NCBI GenBank assembly: GCA_965645245.1 | Contig: OZ287075.1 | Coordinates: 372,001 to 436,000 of the forward strand | Direction of reading: 5' to 3' | DNA length: 64,000 nucleotides | Source: Massalongia carnosa | Lineage: Eukaryota | Shown here: positions 39,230 to 50,908 of the stretch, in pieces | Numbering within the stretch: position 1 is the stretch's first letter | How the letters are laid out: the number at the start of each line of letters is the position of its first letter | The notes under the pieces: generated by a model | What the model was told of the DNA's origin: nothing | Databases searched by the model: none | Seen by the model: the letters and a program-made list of their open reading frames with translations, nothing else | Position numbers and translations under genes: made by a program

Positions 39230-41596
39230 GTGTCATGTTGGGACCCCTTCAGGTGTGTTAGGTCGTTAGTATTGCTTGATTGGATGTGCCACACTAGCAG
39301 TGCCTTGCTCAACCTTTTCTTTCGCTCTCATCTGTTCTAGCCTTTTTATGTCCTTTGGTCTTTTCACTCGCGTAATTGAGATCGGAGGACGAGCTTTCCT
39401 TATGGCGGGTATGAAGAGAATCACGGGAAGTCCGGAAATCTTGATCCTAAAGACTAATAACGTCCCAAGCATCACCCGATAGCATCTGCTGCTGCCAAAT
39501 GCATCGCTTGTGTCTAGGTTGAGAAATATACTTCGCTCCGGACGTATAATACAGTGAAATTTTTACAACCTTGGAAGTGTTGTTCAAAGCTGGGATTATG
39601 ACAGCAGCTGCCTGGCCTAATGTATCGCGCTGCATGACTGACACGCGAGAGCAAAAGGTTTATCACCTATATTCTTTGTATCAGATCAGGAAATAGCATC
39701 ATGCAAGGGAGGAAAAGACGTCTTCGGCCTCAAAGCTCTCCTGAACGTACACGGGGCAAGGTTTTTTGCAGCAGACGACTAAAAACAAGGCGGCCATGCA
39801 ACGAGATGATATTCTGCCAGACGCTGGTTCGCACTCACGTAAAGACGGGTCAATCGCTACGGATCCTAGGAGAGCTCGAGTCTATCACCATTCGCAAATC
39901 CTCTTAATCGAGAATAGTTGAGTCCGTTTCTAGCTACAACCTTGGAGCTTGTTACTATCCTCACCCTTTTATCCACATTAGTGCGTTCGCTGATTGCCTG
40001 TAACGGCTGTAGAGATGACCGACCCATAGCCTTAGCTGCTGAAAGCATAATCCACCGCTTGCGTTTTTTGGATTGTCATTTACGTTTTCCCCGGGGGAGT
40101 CCAAGTGAGACGGGTAAGCTTATTCGTTCTAAATCTAATAAGGATTAGGTGTGTTCTACGAGCCTTTCTGATCCAGCATGAGGCTCGAACCGGCATATAG
40201 CTAGAGTTTCTTTCTCTGCTGGTTCTTCTCAATGCGTCGGTGCATCTATTCTACCACAATATGACAGCGTCATGCGCTCTCGCCTGGCAAAACTCTTACT
40301 AGGCAGTTACCCTGATTAATAATGTTTAAAATGATCTAGCACCGGTCTGTTCTATGCAATAGAATGGTGCAATAAACTTCCATCAATAAACAACACAGGC
40401 GTATTTTCTGGGTCTACGCTATTATTGATAGGCTGTATCGATCAGCCGGGCAGCTTCTTTTCTTTTCCAATGGTTTAGCCTCTTAATCCTCCTTTTCCTG
40501 CCGTCATCATGTGCGACTTAGAAAGCGGCTCAATCTTGATGAACTAGGGGAATTACTCGAGGTTTCAAACCCTATATCCGCAAAACCTACAAGATTCTAG
40601 AAGTTTTGACGAATTCGAAGCAAGAGGTAAGTGTGAGTAGGTATTTTTAAATAACAAAGAGTTGCAAGGTAGCCTATTTTTCGGTTTAGGAGGTATCTTA
40701 CCCTCCGTCAATGGCCTATCTTCAAAGACTATATGTAAAACTGGTTACGTACTCAAAATTCTAGTTCAAGACTCTAAACTGATACTGGCAGGTAACAACC
40801 TTACCCAAACATTCGTTGTCGCCCATCCCTCGTGTGCACGTAGGACGCAAAAGGGATTCTTAACATCCGCAGCTTGGCACCTAGGAATGGTCGGCAAGGG
40901 ATAGATAACAATTATGTCATTAGGTTGAACCTCAGAATCTTGTTAGAAGTATCCCAAGGGCCAGTTCACTACATAGCCCCCTTTCGAAACCGTAGTCTTG
41001 GGGATAAAAATACAGCGGCAGTGGCCTTATCAAGCGAGTTCCTTCTCCATCACACATAATATTAAGATCTCTTGATAAGTCTTATCCTTAATATGTTCTC
41101 ATTGACTTACTACTAATAGCGGAGAAGCATTCCCCTGATCCTGTTAAAATAAAAGTTGACTCGTCTCAATTCTATATTTACTACCCGCGTAGTTACTTCT
41201 ATACCGAGCGACGAGATTAATATTATCCGTTCCGATATCAACATTAGCAGCCATGATCAGAAACCTCCTATTGATAGGGTCTGTTGCTTCTCACGTCACG
41301 CTTCTCCAGCTTAGATCATATGCTCCACAGCATATTGCTACTTGGTCAGCGCTACGTTTATAATCGGCTTACCCCTCTCTTCTTATTCAAACCCGTCTCC
41401 TATCTCATCTCTCGGGCGCACATGGCAGGCTGGGGATCTGATAAACCCTCTTTTCACATCCTGAAGGCCTTGGTACCTGTTCGCAACGGCTCTGGAGAAA
41501 ATATGACTGCCGCCTAACGGGATAAGAAATTACCATCGCCAAACTAATTAAAAGAGAATGGAAAATATCTATAATAGAAACCAAAAACAACAACAT

Positions 41597-42541
41597 GATG
41601 ATGATGATTGATTCTTGTACCGATCTGACACCGGCCGAAGGCCGGCCCATGCGGGCTATCTACTTATTCTTACAGGGAAAACCTTAAAGGGATAAAAACC
41701 ATGCAGACTGCGCCATTATCCCAAACGTGTTCCGTTTCTGGACTGCATTCTTCGCTCGATGTTCTGTGAAATCCTTGACAAAATGAGAGTTATCACTCGT
41801 ATAACAGTTGCGATGCTAGTGAAAATTGGGTCAGCAAATTTGCTTTTATTATCCATGTGCTTAGTTTTTCAACATTTTCGACGAGCTCATGATCGTTCGA
41901 TAGTCGTTGGTGCCTATTTGTTTTAGCACTTCGTATCTACCGTCGATTAGCCTACAATGTAGAATGATGTGTTTGGCTGTCTGCTTCTGCCATCCGCACG
42001 AGCAGGCCGGGGTCATAACGCCCGGTACCCGACGATTGAACAGGAAGTTTGCCAAGCCTATTTTTTCGGTGCGGATTTGCGTGGTTAGCGCGCTTTCCGC
42101 TTTCATCAGGTTGTTGTGAATCTTCAGTCTCGTCCTACTGAGAGATCCCAACTGTGCCTCTGTCGGGCGGGGAATGCGGTTCTGGTACGTCTTCCATTTG
42201 GAGTCCCAGCGTTCCTTGATGCGTTCTGTGGTGGCCTTTGTGTGTTTCTCTATGGTATGGCGTGTCGTGGTGCATTTTTCGAGGTGCGCCGGGTCGGGTG
42301 TGGACCAGGGCGGGGGCGATGGGGGCATTGTGACTGGTGCCTCGTTATTCAGCATTTTGCTGGCCCATTCGTATTTCAACTCTCCTGGGGTGAGGTGTTG
42401 CGTTCTTTTGCGTCCTGCCTTACCCCGTAGCTTGTTCGCTATTGTGTTGCAGGCTTTGGAAATCAATGTCGCCTGCCCTGCGGCCCCGTAGACGATACCT
42501 TGCTTTTATCTGTAGATTGTCCAGATGCAACTCCATGGGGG
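41597..42541 (-). mobile_element. 5'-truncated Tad-like LINE (945 bp) with 14-bp TSD
   Basis: ORF2 C-terminus 'SALTTQIRTEKIGLANFL...CSCGWQKQTAKHIILHC' with two frameshifts. (CAT)n tail. TSD AAAAACAACAACAT at 41583-41596 and 42542-42555. Confidence 0.9.
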
Positions 42542-43754
42542 AAAAACAACAACATATATAGTAAAAACAAAAGCAAATACATCCCAAAACACATTAGCAA
42601 ATAAATGGAATGGCAGCAATGGCTGTAGGTGCTCTTATCGCCTCAACTCCCGTTCAGCCGCTGCTTAGGCATATCGGAATCTCATCTCTTCGCTTCCGAG
42701 TTAGCTCTCACTCGCTTTGCTTCTCCTCCTTTCTCGATCTCTGAAGAAAGACAAGTCTCAGCGTAGAAAACGTAGTTATTTTTCTTCTTTTCTCCACACA
42801 AGACCGGAAGAATAAAACCAAGAAATATATAACATCTCTCCCAGCCTTGCCCGTTCCTTTTTCGAGGAATCCAACCAGAATATAAGACAAACAGACTGTC
42901 ATATAAACCCCTCCAGGTCCGAAAGAACTAGGGCAACAACAACAAATCCCAAAAGCCAGGACAGCACCCTTCGACCGCTAGCCATGAAGTATTTAAATTA
43001 TTTTACGCAAATATTAATAAATCACTCCCCAAAAAAAAAACAGTCGGAAAGTAAGAGAAATCTTTACTTGTCCCAAAGTAACTAGATAAATAGATAGGTA
43101 TTCCTTCACATAGGCGTGATAGCTAGGGTATGACTTGTTATCGTTGAGTAACAAGACGTGAGTATGTATGTAAAACAACAATACATATCGAAATGAAGAG
43201 TTAAATAAATAAAATCTGATCTTTGTTATAGATATTAAATATTTACTCTTATCTCTCTTATTTTCTCCTTTCCTTTCCTCTCCCCTCTCGCCTCCTTCCT
43301 TCTTTTGAACCCTCCCCCCCTCATCTTGATCCCCCATCCTTCTTTCCCGTTTTCCGGAAACACCTCTCAAAACAATGATGTTGTATCGCAGGAGGAGAAT
43401 AAAAATAATGATGATGATAAATAGTATCAAGTAAGCAAAGAAGAGAATAAGAGAAAATGGGAAAATCTTGCTCGCGGAGGGATTTCGAGGAAGCGGATTG
43501 AAAGAAAGAAAAAGGGGAAGGAAAAAAAACACGAGGAAAAAAAAGGACGAGAGGGGGAAAGAATGGGGTGGAATTGGGGGGATTGATGGATTTCCGTGGC
43601 CGGGATAACTGAGTAACTGACAGATGCTGCGGATTTCCGGAACTGGGAACTGGGAACTGGATGTTGCAAAAAAACTACATCTGCCAAGAAAAAGCAAAAG
43701 CACAGGAGACAAAACCTCGGTAGGGCCAACCAACTAACTCTTCCGCCAACTCGG

Positions 43755-45278
43755 CTACAGCTTCGTCCCCCCTGAAATCGCCTCCTGCAGCAAGCCCTCC
43801 AAGCCCTCCATCTCCGCGCGCTTATCTCGCATTCGTTGCGCGATTTCTTCGTCGGTGAGCGGGCTTAGGGAAGTGACGTCGACGGGGCTTTCCCGATGGG
43901 ATTTGGCGGCGTGATAGGTTCCTCTTGACTGGATCCCGTTCCCCTGAAGGTCCTCTCCGATCCGCCCGCTGGGATTCTGGTCCTCCGCTCTCCGCTTGCC
44001 TTCCTCCACCACTTTCGCGCAAAACCTAGCCCATAGTGAATAAAACCTCTTGCTAGCCTCCAGGCCAACTAGCAGCTGCGCGAAACAATGCGGCATGGCC
44101 TCCCACTCGTCCCACTCCACGCGAACCCCCTGCCTCGCTGCTCTCGCCGCAACCGCTTTCCCCTCGTCTAGCAGCAGCTCCTGTCCATAACCGAACCAGA
44201 GAGGGCAACTACCACGCCAGCCGCGTGCTGCCAAGGGGGAGACAAGTGGATGGCAGAGCATGCTCACGTCGCAGTAGAGGTCGCCGCGCAGGGGGTCCGT
44301 CGGCCACAGCGCGCACGAAGGGAAGCGAGCGATGGCGGAAGGAGTCAAGGGAGGAGGAAGGTAGTCGTAGGGGGCGTTTAACAGGTTGGAGGGCATGCTG
44401 CGGGTGAGGTCCGTCCAGGCGGAGCTTAGAGCTGCGCCGGCCGGGAGGGGGATGGGAGTGGGGATAATGTAGCTATGGAAGCGGATTGAGGAAGTGGGGG
44501 GCAAGCAGCGGAGGTGAAGAAGAAGCTGGAGGAGGGAGAGGGCAAGGGAGGCACCGGCGGAGTCGCCGGAAAAAACAATGTGGGAGGCGGGAACCGGGGA
44601 GTGAAGGGCGTTCGGAGGTGGATAGAGGAGAGAGAGGTAGGCCAGAAAGGCATCGAGGAGAGCGGCGGGGAAGGCGTGTTGAGGGGCAAGGCGATACCGA
44701 ACGGAGAGGCAGCGGCCCCGCGTGAGACGTGCGAGCCGGGCCACAGGGAGGCGGTGAGTAGCTGGATCACAGAGGTAATAGGCACCGCCATGAAAGTAGA
44801 GGATCGTCACGTCGCTGGCGACTTCGGCCATGAGTCGTTGGTAGTGCTGGATTTCGGAGAGATCTAGGCGAGGGCGGTGGGAATCAACGTTGGCGCGGTC
44901 ACCGGTCCATTCCGCCTCCAGGGGGCGAATGGGGGGGATTGTGAATTTCCTCTTGCCTCCATCCTTTAGCTCTTCAATCGCGGTGACTAGGGCTTTAAGG
45001 ATATCATCTTCGGGTGGTGGTGGAATAGTGGCTTTGGATATCCACATTCTGCCCTTGATGCCTGGATCTCTCAGGGTGAGGGCTTGCTGTCTCGAAATCG
45101 GGACGGAGACTTGAGGGTGGAGGAGCTCGCGGAGGATCTTGACGGTGAGTTCGGTTCTCAGGTCCCATTTCGTGGATGTGGGGGAGAGCCAGAGGGTGTG
45201 CCATAACGCTGACTTAGCCAGGAGGGGCATTTGTGGGAGGAGGAAGCGGAGCAGGGTCGTTGGCGAGAAATCGTCCAT
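43755..45278 (-). CDS. Alpha/beta hydrolase fold-3 lipase/esterase (HSL family)
   Basis: Oxyanion motif HGGAY, 'YRLAPQH', nucleophile GDSAG and 'MPHCF'. Likely ATG at 45278 (MDDFSPTTLL). Confidence 0.92.
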   Translation of the reverse strand: MDDFSPTTLLRFLLPQMPLLAKSALWHTLWLSPTSTKWDLRTELTVKILRELLHPQVSVPISRQQALTLRDPGIKGRMWISKATIPPPPEDDILKALVTAIEELKDGGKRKFTIPPIRPLEAEWTGDRANVDSHRPRLDLSEIQHYQRLMAEVASDVTILYFHGGAYYLCDPATHRLPVARLARLTRGRCLSVRYRLAPQHAFPAALLDAFLAYLSLLYPPPNALHSPVPASHIVFSGDSAGASLALSLLQLLLHLRCLPPTSSIRFHSYIIPTPIPLPAGAALSSAWTDLTRSMPSNLLNAPYDYLPPPLTPSAIARFPSCALWPTDPLRGDLYCDVSMLCHPLVSPLAARGWRGSCPLWFGYGQELLLDEGKAVAARAARQGVRVEWDEWEAMPHCFAQLLVGLEASKRFYSLWARFCAKVVEEGKRRAEDQNPSGRIGEDLQGNGIQSRGTYHAAKSHRESPVDVTSLSPLTDEEIAQRMRDKRAEMEGLEGLLQEAISGGTKL

Positions 45279-45469
45279 GACGATAACGGTGGGGTTGTTG
45301 AGCGGAGGGAGCTGGTTTCCTTTCCACGTCCCGCTGATGAAGAAGCAGGAGTGGCAAGTTTCCGAGCTGGTGGAAAAGGAAGCGCATGGTGGCGACGGAG
45401 TATCGAGCCTGAACGGGACCAATCCTCTGTCGAGAGTCCCTAAAAGGAAATAGCATCGTTCAGGCGCAC

Positions 45470-45620
45470 CGACGCCCCGACGCCCCGACGCCCCGACGTG
45501 CCGACGCGCCTCGTTAATTAGGGCATCGAATACTCCGCACTCTGTACTCTGCACCCTGTACACAGTACTCTGTACACTGTAAACTGTACTCTGTACTTTG
45601 CGCTCTGCACTCTGTACTCT
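45470..45620. repeat. Short tandem repeats in the hydrolase promoter
   Basis: CCGACGCC x3 at about 45469-45498 and a degenerate 7-bp ACTCTG(T/C) array at about 45533-45620. Confidence 0.7.
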
Positions 45621-46243
45621 ACACATCCACCCAACTCAGCCATACAACTCAAAATGCTACTCCACTACAAACATCGGGGTTTTTTTTCAATAATTCCTTC
45701 AGTACTACCTCCCATATTTTGATGCTATTCATACTTTTGGTCATCTTCAACTTTCGATAAGCTTTGGTTTGTTTAGCCAACTTACCCAGTGCTAAAGAAT
45801 ATCACTTTTCCCATGCGATCATTCGATCCTTTTTCCTGAGCCTCCTGATTCTATCTATCACGAATCATTGATCGAGCCTTTCGTGCAATAAGTATGCCCC
45901 CGATCTGAAGTACTTATTGCTCTCTCGTTTGCGTGCTTTTCGAACATTTTCGGCCTTTGTTTGTTGATCCCATCGTTGTTCGAGAAGTTCTCCTTTTCGG
46001 ACTTCCGAAACAGCCCCCTCTGACAAATTTTGCTATCATTTGTGTAAGTTCATCCGAACAACGGGAATGCATCATAATGTCTGCGGCTACTGTACTCAAT
46101 TGTCTGACAGTTCTAGGGGTCTCTTGTATTGATTGAATCGACGAAGGTAGGGTAGTCTCGCGGGGGGGTGGTAAACTCTCTCTGACCTTTTGAAGAACCA
46201 CCTCTGGATTATATGGCAATAGGCCGGTTTTTCTCTATGCAGA

Positions 46244-46394
46244 TACGCCGCGCAACGGGTCGGGTTTCTCTACTGAAAACCCAACCCGTTTGTGGCGAAC
46301 CCTATGATTTTTGGTGTCCGGGTTGGGTTTTGAAAGAAAACCCCGGTGGCGAAAAAGCAATTTGTGGCGAAAACCCAACCAGTTGCGCGGCGTA
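46244..46394. mobile_element. 151-bp MITE, hAT-type (8-bp TSD)
   Basis: TIR TACGCCGCGCAAC is perfect over 13 bp and extends to about 24 bp with 2 mismatches. TSD TATGCAGA at 46236-46243 and 46395-46402. Removing it restores the pogo frame. Confidence 0.9.
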
Positions 46395-47022
46395 TATGCA
46401 GACGTAATCGTTGTTGATTTGAAGGCCTCTGCCCGAAATGTGTTGAATGCAGCTAGAAATTCCACCTTCGAGAACGTTTCATCACCGTTCTGAATGGCCT
46501 TATTGATAGCCTCGGAATGCCAATGCTTTAAAGGCTGAAACATACATACATCAAGCGGTTGCAATAAGTGAGTGGTAAGTGATGGTAATCCAAATGGAAT
46601 AATATTATGAGCGTCACAATACTCTAAAAACTCACGAGTATGATGAGATCCATGTCCATCCATAATCAACAATCTCCATGCCCCCTTTCGAATGTTTCGA
46701 GAGTGTTTATCGAAGTGTTTAATCCATTGCAAGGCCAGCCAGTCATTTGAATAACCTGGTTCAGCAGTAGTAATAAGAACATTATCGCTAAGATCTTTGA
46801 GGAAAAAGGGAGCGAGAATGCTGATACCAGTCAAAATCAGCATAGGGGAAATGTCTCGTCTAGTTCCATTGATACATTCCACTCCGGTCAGTGATTCTCT
46901 GTTTAATGGATCGTTATTATAGATCCTTCGGTCTTTTGATGCACGGACTATCCAATCACTACGTGCCATGCCAATGCGATACCCGGTTTCGTCAAAATTC
47001 CACTGATCTTGATGATCTATGC

Positions 47023-47193
47023 TGTAACGGTTCGACCAAGCGTGGTGCGGACGGCAGGACCTACAGCGAACATAGCAGGAGTCCCAGTTATAGTAGAATA
47101 GAGCTTGGTCTGCGGACTAAGTATTGTGCCTTTTGGTCGGGAAGGACAGGTGGCGCAATGGTAGAAATCTATTCACTATCTCGCTTCGTCACA
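47023..47193. mobile_element. Solo LTR (171 bp)
   Basis: TGTAAC...GTCACA ends; 5-bp TSD TATGC at 47018-47022 and 47194-47198. Removing it restores pogo 'EYSIDHQDQWNFDETG'. Confidence 0.88.
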
Positions 47194-47666
47194 TATGCTA
47201 TACTCATCAATCACCTCTTTTTATTTTGTAAAGTGAGCCATTAGCAACTCCAAATCATGCGCATTTTTTCGCTCAACAGCTAGAGGCTTTCGTCGAACTT
47301 TGAATAAATCGGGTTAACGATTTAACCATCTCTTGGTCCAATGCGACCCGATCAAAGGAGGCGGTTCCGAAACAGGAGCTGTTTGACGAAGAATAGAATT
47401 TGCTGCGATTTCTACCATGTGCAATCGGGCAGCTATGTTCAAAGAGTCCAGTTTCTTGATATACATATATAGGGCCGACTCTTGATCAGGTTTCAGACGT
47501 CTAGTATGCAGTCCTCGTATCTCTGATTTAGATGGGGCCCCATGATATCGAGAACGAAGTCTTTCTCTAGGCACTTCAAATTCTCGTGCAATTGCTCGAA
47601 GTTTCGCGTTTTTCCGCGTGTTTAAGGCGTCAATAGCCCTCTTAATGCGACTTTCGATTTCAGTAT

Positions 47667-49832
47667 CCCTCTCGCTGTCATTCTAGCACCCCCCCCCCAA
47701 GCTAATCTATATTGGACTAGCTTCCGCACCGATGAGTCATCAGAACATTAGTTTTCTCTAGAGTGTTTGCGCGTTTGTTTACTTTTCAAAGAATACTATT
47801 CGGTCATTCAATCAAAATAAATCACATAAATTACTATTCTTCTAGCTTCGGAATTGATATTATAAGTATGACGCTCAATGAAGAAGAAATCCCGAGTGTA
47901 TCAGACAAATCTCCCATTTCAGCGAAGCAACATAAAATAAATCGCAAAAGAAGTGTTCGGGATATTTTAATCGACCTTCCCCCTATTTCCTCAAAATATA
48001 CCCCCATTCGGGTTGAAAACAGGCCTTTTGTTCCGCTCGTTGAAAACGATTCTCGAAATCCTTTGGGATTATTTCGGTTATTTATAACAAGGCAGCTTTG
48101 TCGTATCATCGCAAATCATACCAATATCAAGGCAAATAACTACATGGAAAAGGAGAAGGAGAACAATCATCGGGTTTGGACTGACACTACTGACTCGGAA
48201 ATTGAGGTTTTTTTGGGCATATTAATTCTTATGGGACTCGATCATCTACCTGCTACAGAGGATTATTGGAATCAACGTCCTGACAAACCAGTTATCATGC
48301 CTATTCTGTCCGCGATGTCGCTTGGTCGATTTCAACAAATCAAACGATTTTTGAAAATCAATAATGGACAGACTGAGCCTATCGGACTTGGTCAAGGACC
48401 TGATTGGTGGAAGAAACTGGAACCGTTGGCTACTGATTTCCGAAAGACTTCATTGAAACATTGCAGACCAGGAAGTATGATATCTATAGATGAACAGCTG
48501 GTGTTATTCAAGGGCCGTTCTCGACATACCTTGCAGATTACTACAAAAAGTGCCCATAAAGGATTTAAAATCTACAGTCTCTGTCAGGATAATTATCTGT
48601 TGTCATTTATGTTTGCCTCGAAGAGTAGCAGAATAAGTGAATTGAAAACAGTCAGACAATTGGGATTTTTGCCAAAAGATAAACTAACTCCTAGTGCTTT
48701 GCTAGTGATTCAGTTATGTAAAGAACTTCCATCCTCACTGAATTATCATCTTTTCTGTGATAATTTCTTTACTAGTACGAAATTATTCAAGGCACTTCGA
48801 TCAATCGGAATAGCTGCCAGTGGAACTGCTAAAAAGGGCTCGGGCTTTCCAGAAGAATTGTTGGCCATACGGGACGTCACTTCAAAAGGAAAAGACTGGG
48901 GTCTTCAGGCCCATATGGTGGTCGACGATAAGGTGCTTTGTATGGGCTGGGTGGATAATAATGGTGTGCAGTACATGACCACCGGTCATTCTCCTCAGGA
49001 CTTGTACGAAATGCACTATATAAATCCGCACAAGAGATATGGAATTCCCGAGACCTCTCTTCAACCTATTGTATCGTATTTCCCATCAACTCTGGCTCAC
49101 TCCATTCCCTTGCTCAATCAAGAGGTTCAACGGCCCTTAGGATTACCGATACCAGCCCCAATCAAAGAATATAATCTTCATATGTGGGGATCGGATGGAA
49201 ACGCTCAGCAACGAGCGATTTACTCATACAATCGTCGAACGGATCGTTACTGGTGGCCTTTGTTCATTTTTATTTTAGATGCAGCCGGATTGAATGCCTA
49301 AAAACTTTACTCGCTGAACTCTTTCGATTCCGAGGAGATAAAATTTACTCGTTCTGAATTTCTTCGTCGGATTGCTCTTGAACTGATATCAAATCAAGCG
49401 GGCATCAGGCCCGGCTCATCAAAGATAAGCATCAATACCACGATTGATGCTTTAGTACCATCTCCCATTCATCATTACGTTCGTCTTGAAGGCAGAAAAA
49501 GATGTGTGCAATGTAACGCCGAGAAAAAACGACCTTCAAAGCGGAAGGGAGAGCCACTGGCTGAAATAAGTGTCGATGGGCGTAAAAGAAGGCGAAGGGG
49601 TGCTCAGACTATATGGGCTTGTGGAGGATGTAATCCAATCAGGCCCTGCTGTAAGAAAGCCAGCTGTTGGGAAGCTATTCATATGATAGGGGACGAGTAA
49701 ATAGGTATCTGATACTCCGTACAACTTCTTGTGAATAGGAATAACATTGATTGGTCAAAAGTTTAAGGTTTAGCGCTTTCTAACCAACAATGGTTTAGCT
49801 TGGGGGGGGGTGCTAGAATGACAGCGAGAGGG
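47667..49832 (+). mobile_element. Full-length piggyBac-like transposon (2166 bp) with a non-TTAA target
   Basis: 38-39-bp TIRs CCCTCTCGCTGTCATTCTAGCAC(n)AAGCTAA at 47667-47705 and 49795-49832, differing only in C-run length. Flanked by AT on both sides. Confidence 0.92.
47868..49700 (+). pseudogene. piggyBac-type transposase (DDE_Tnp_1_7-like) with one premature stop
   Basis: Motifs 'MSLGRFQQIKRFL', 'SIDEQLVLFKGR', 'FCDNFF', 'YNLHMWGSD'. TAA at 49299-49301 (NA*KLY). The frame continues into a Cys-rich C-terminal domain (CVQC...CGGC...CCKKASCWEAIH) ending at 49700. Confidence 0.88.
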
Positions 49833-50601
49833 ATATGATTCAGGCATAGTGGTGATGGACGATTTGGGTTGTATGGCTGGCTAGCACTAAGCGAGGCGAA
49901 CCGAGCGATGTGGCCGGTCATCATCAAGCAATCATAGGAGCAATCAACGGAGGTCTGAAAGGACTGAAAGGGACGCATTGGAACGACCTTCTAAGCAAAC
50001 ACAAATGGATGAAAGGGACAAATGGCAAAAAGACTGTTTGATCAAACTGATCACTTATTGATAGAGACACAAGCAGCTGGATCGGGCCAAGCGATTATCT
50101 ATATAGACTCCTAGAGAGGGCACCTTTTGCTTGTTTCCTTTCTGCATCTTTGTTATTTTCTAGTGCATATGGCCGCCCCATTTCCAGTACTCTTCTGCAA
50201 ACGAGCAGTAGCACTTCTGTCGTTTTAGTTTTCTATTGGATGCTATTTACATCTCCTTGCCTTAACTCATGCAGTTTTCTAGAGTTTCTGCGGTCAACCA
50301 CTCTCGGTACACTCTCTCGACATAAGGGAAAGATGTACTTAAAGGTAGGTAGGCGCATCGAGCATATGACTGAATACTCGACGTGATTGTGGTACACTGA
50401 TCAGCAATCCGGATACGAAGCTATGATATAGACGTCGTAAAGCATCACCTAACTCCACACCGCTATCACGCTTACCAGTGCCAGGCTGCGTTACTGTATA
50501 CCAAATTAGCAAGTATCTCAAAGTAACAGAACTCACATTTGGTAATTCCCGTTGAACAAGGCGCTAGAGATTAGTCCGCTGACTGTTTAGCGCAGGCAAT
50601 C

Positions 50602-50837
50602 ATGTGTGTTACCTGGACTATACATTATATTATGCTTGTGGTTGTAGTGAAGCAAGGAGAGAACGTATTAACAACTGCAATGGAAATTGCGTGGGAGAGA
50701 ATATTAGATACGAGGAGAGCAGGGATACAGAGTTGTCGGAGGAATGTCCTGAGCATGTAGCTGCTCGTCAACTTCAAACTCCGCCAACAAGCAGTGATTC
50801 CAGTGCATATATGCGTATTTCTCATCACAAACATTGA
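50602..50837 (+). pseudogene. Small Cys-rich protein, apparently frameshifted near the start
   Basis: Reads 'MC...YYACGC...CNGNC...CPEH'. The ATG at 50602 is 2 nt out of frame with the Cys-rich ORF (ATGTGTGTTAC). Confidence 0.35.
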
Positions 50838-50908
50838 AATAGAAAAGTCGGCTTCAACCCTTATGCCACCTCAATCCTAATCATGATAATGGACTTCTCA
50901 GCATTATT

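Larger units (their letters stand above)
45622..49879 (-). mobile_element. Dead pogo/Fot1-family DNA transposon carrying three nested insertions
   Basis: ATG at 49847. HTH region 'AREFEVPRERLRSR...IGSHWTKRWL'; DDD motifs 'NFDETG', 'MDGHGSH', 'LQPLDV'. Partial inverted repeat CAGCCATACAAC(T/C)CAAA at 45637-45654 and 49862-49879. Several stops and frameshifts. Confidence 0.9.

Noticed and set aside
39240..41580. Stop-riddled coding-like fragments
   Set aside because: Possibly RIP-degraded relics, but no recognisable motif supports a call.
43014..43733. 239-aa hydrophobic minus-strand ORF
   Set aside because: Arises from A/G-rich low-complexity sequence downstream of the hydrolase and has a non-ATG start.
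45279..45626. N-terminal extension of the 623-aa hydrolase ORF
   Set aside because: It translates promoter tandem repeats (VQST/VQSA). The likely start is ATG 45278.
46244..46394. MITE as a derivative of the hAT at 57460
   Set aside because: The TIRs and subterminal motifs do not match.
47023..47193. Solo LTR as partner of the Gypsy LTR at 55919
   Set aside because: Different length and sequence apart from a short GCTTGGTC stretch, and it has its own matching TSD.
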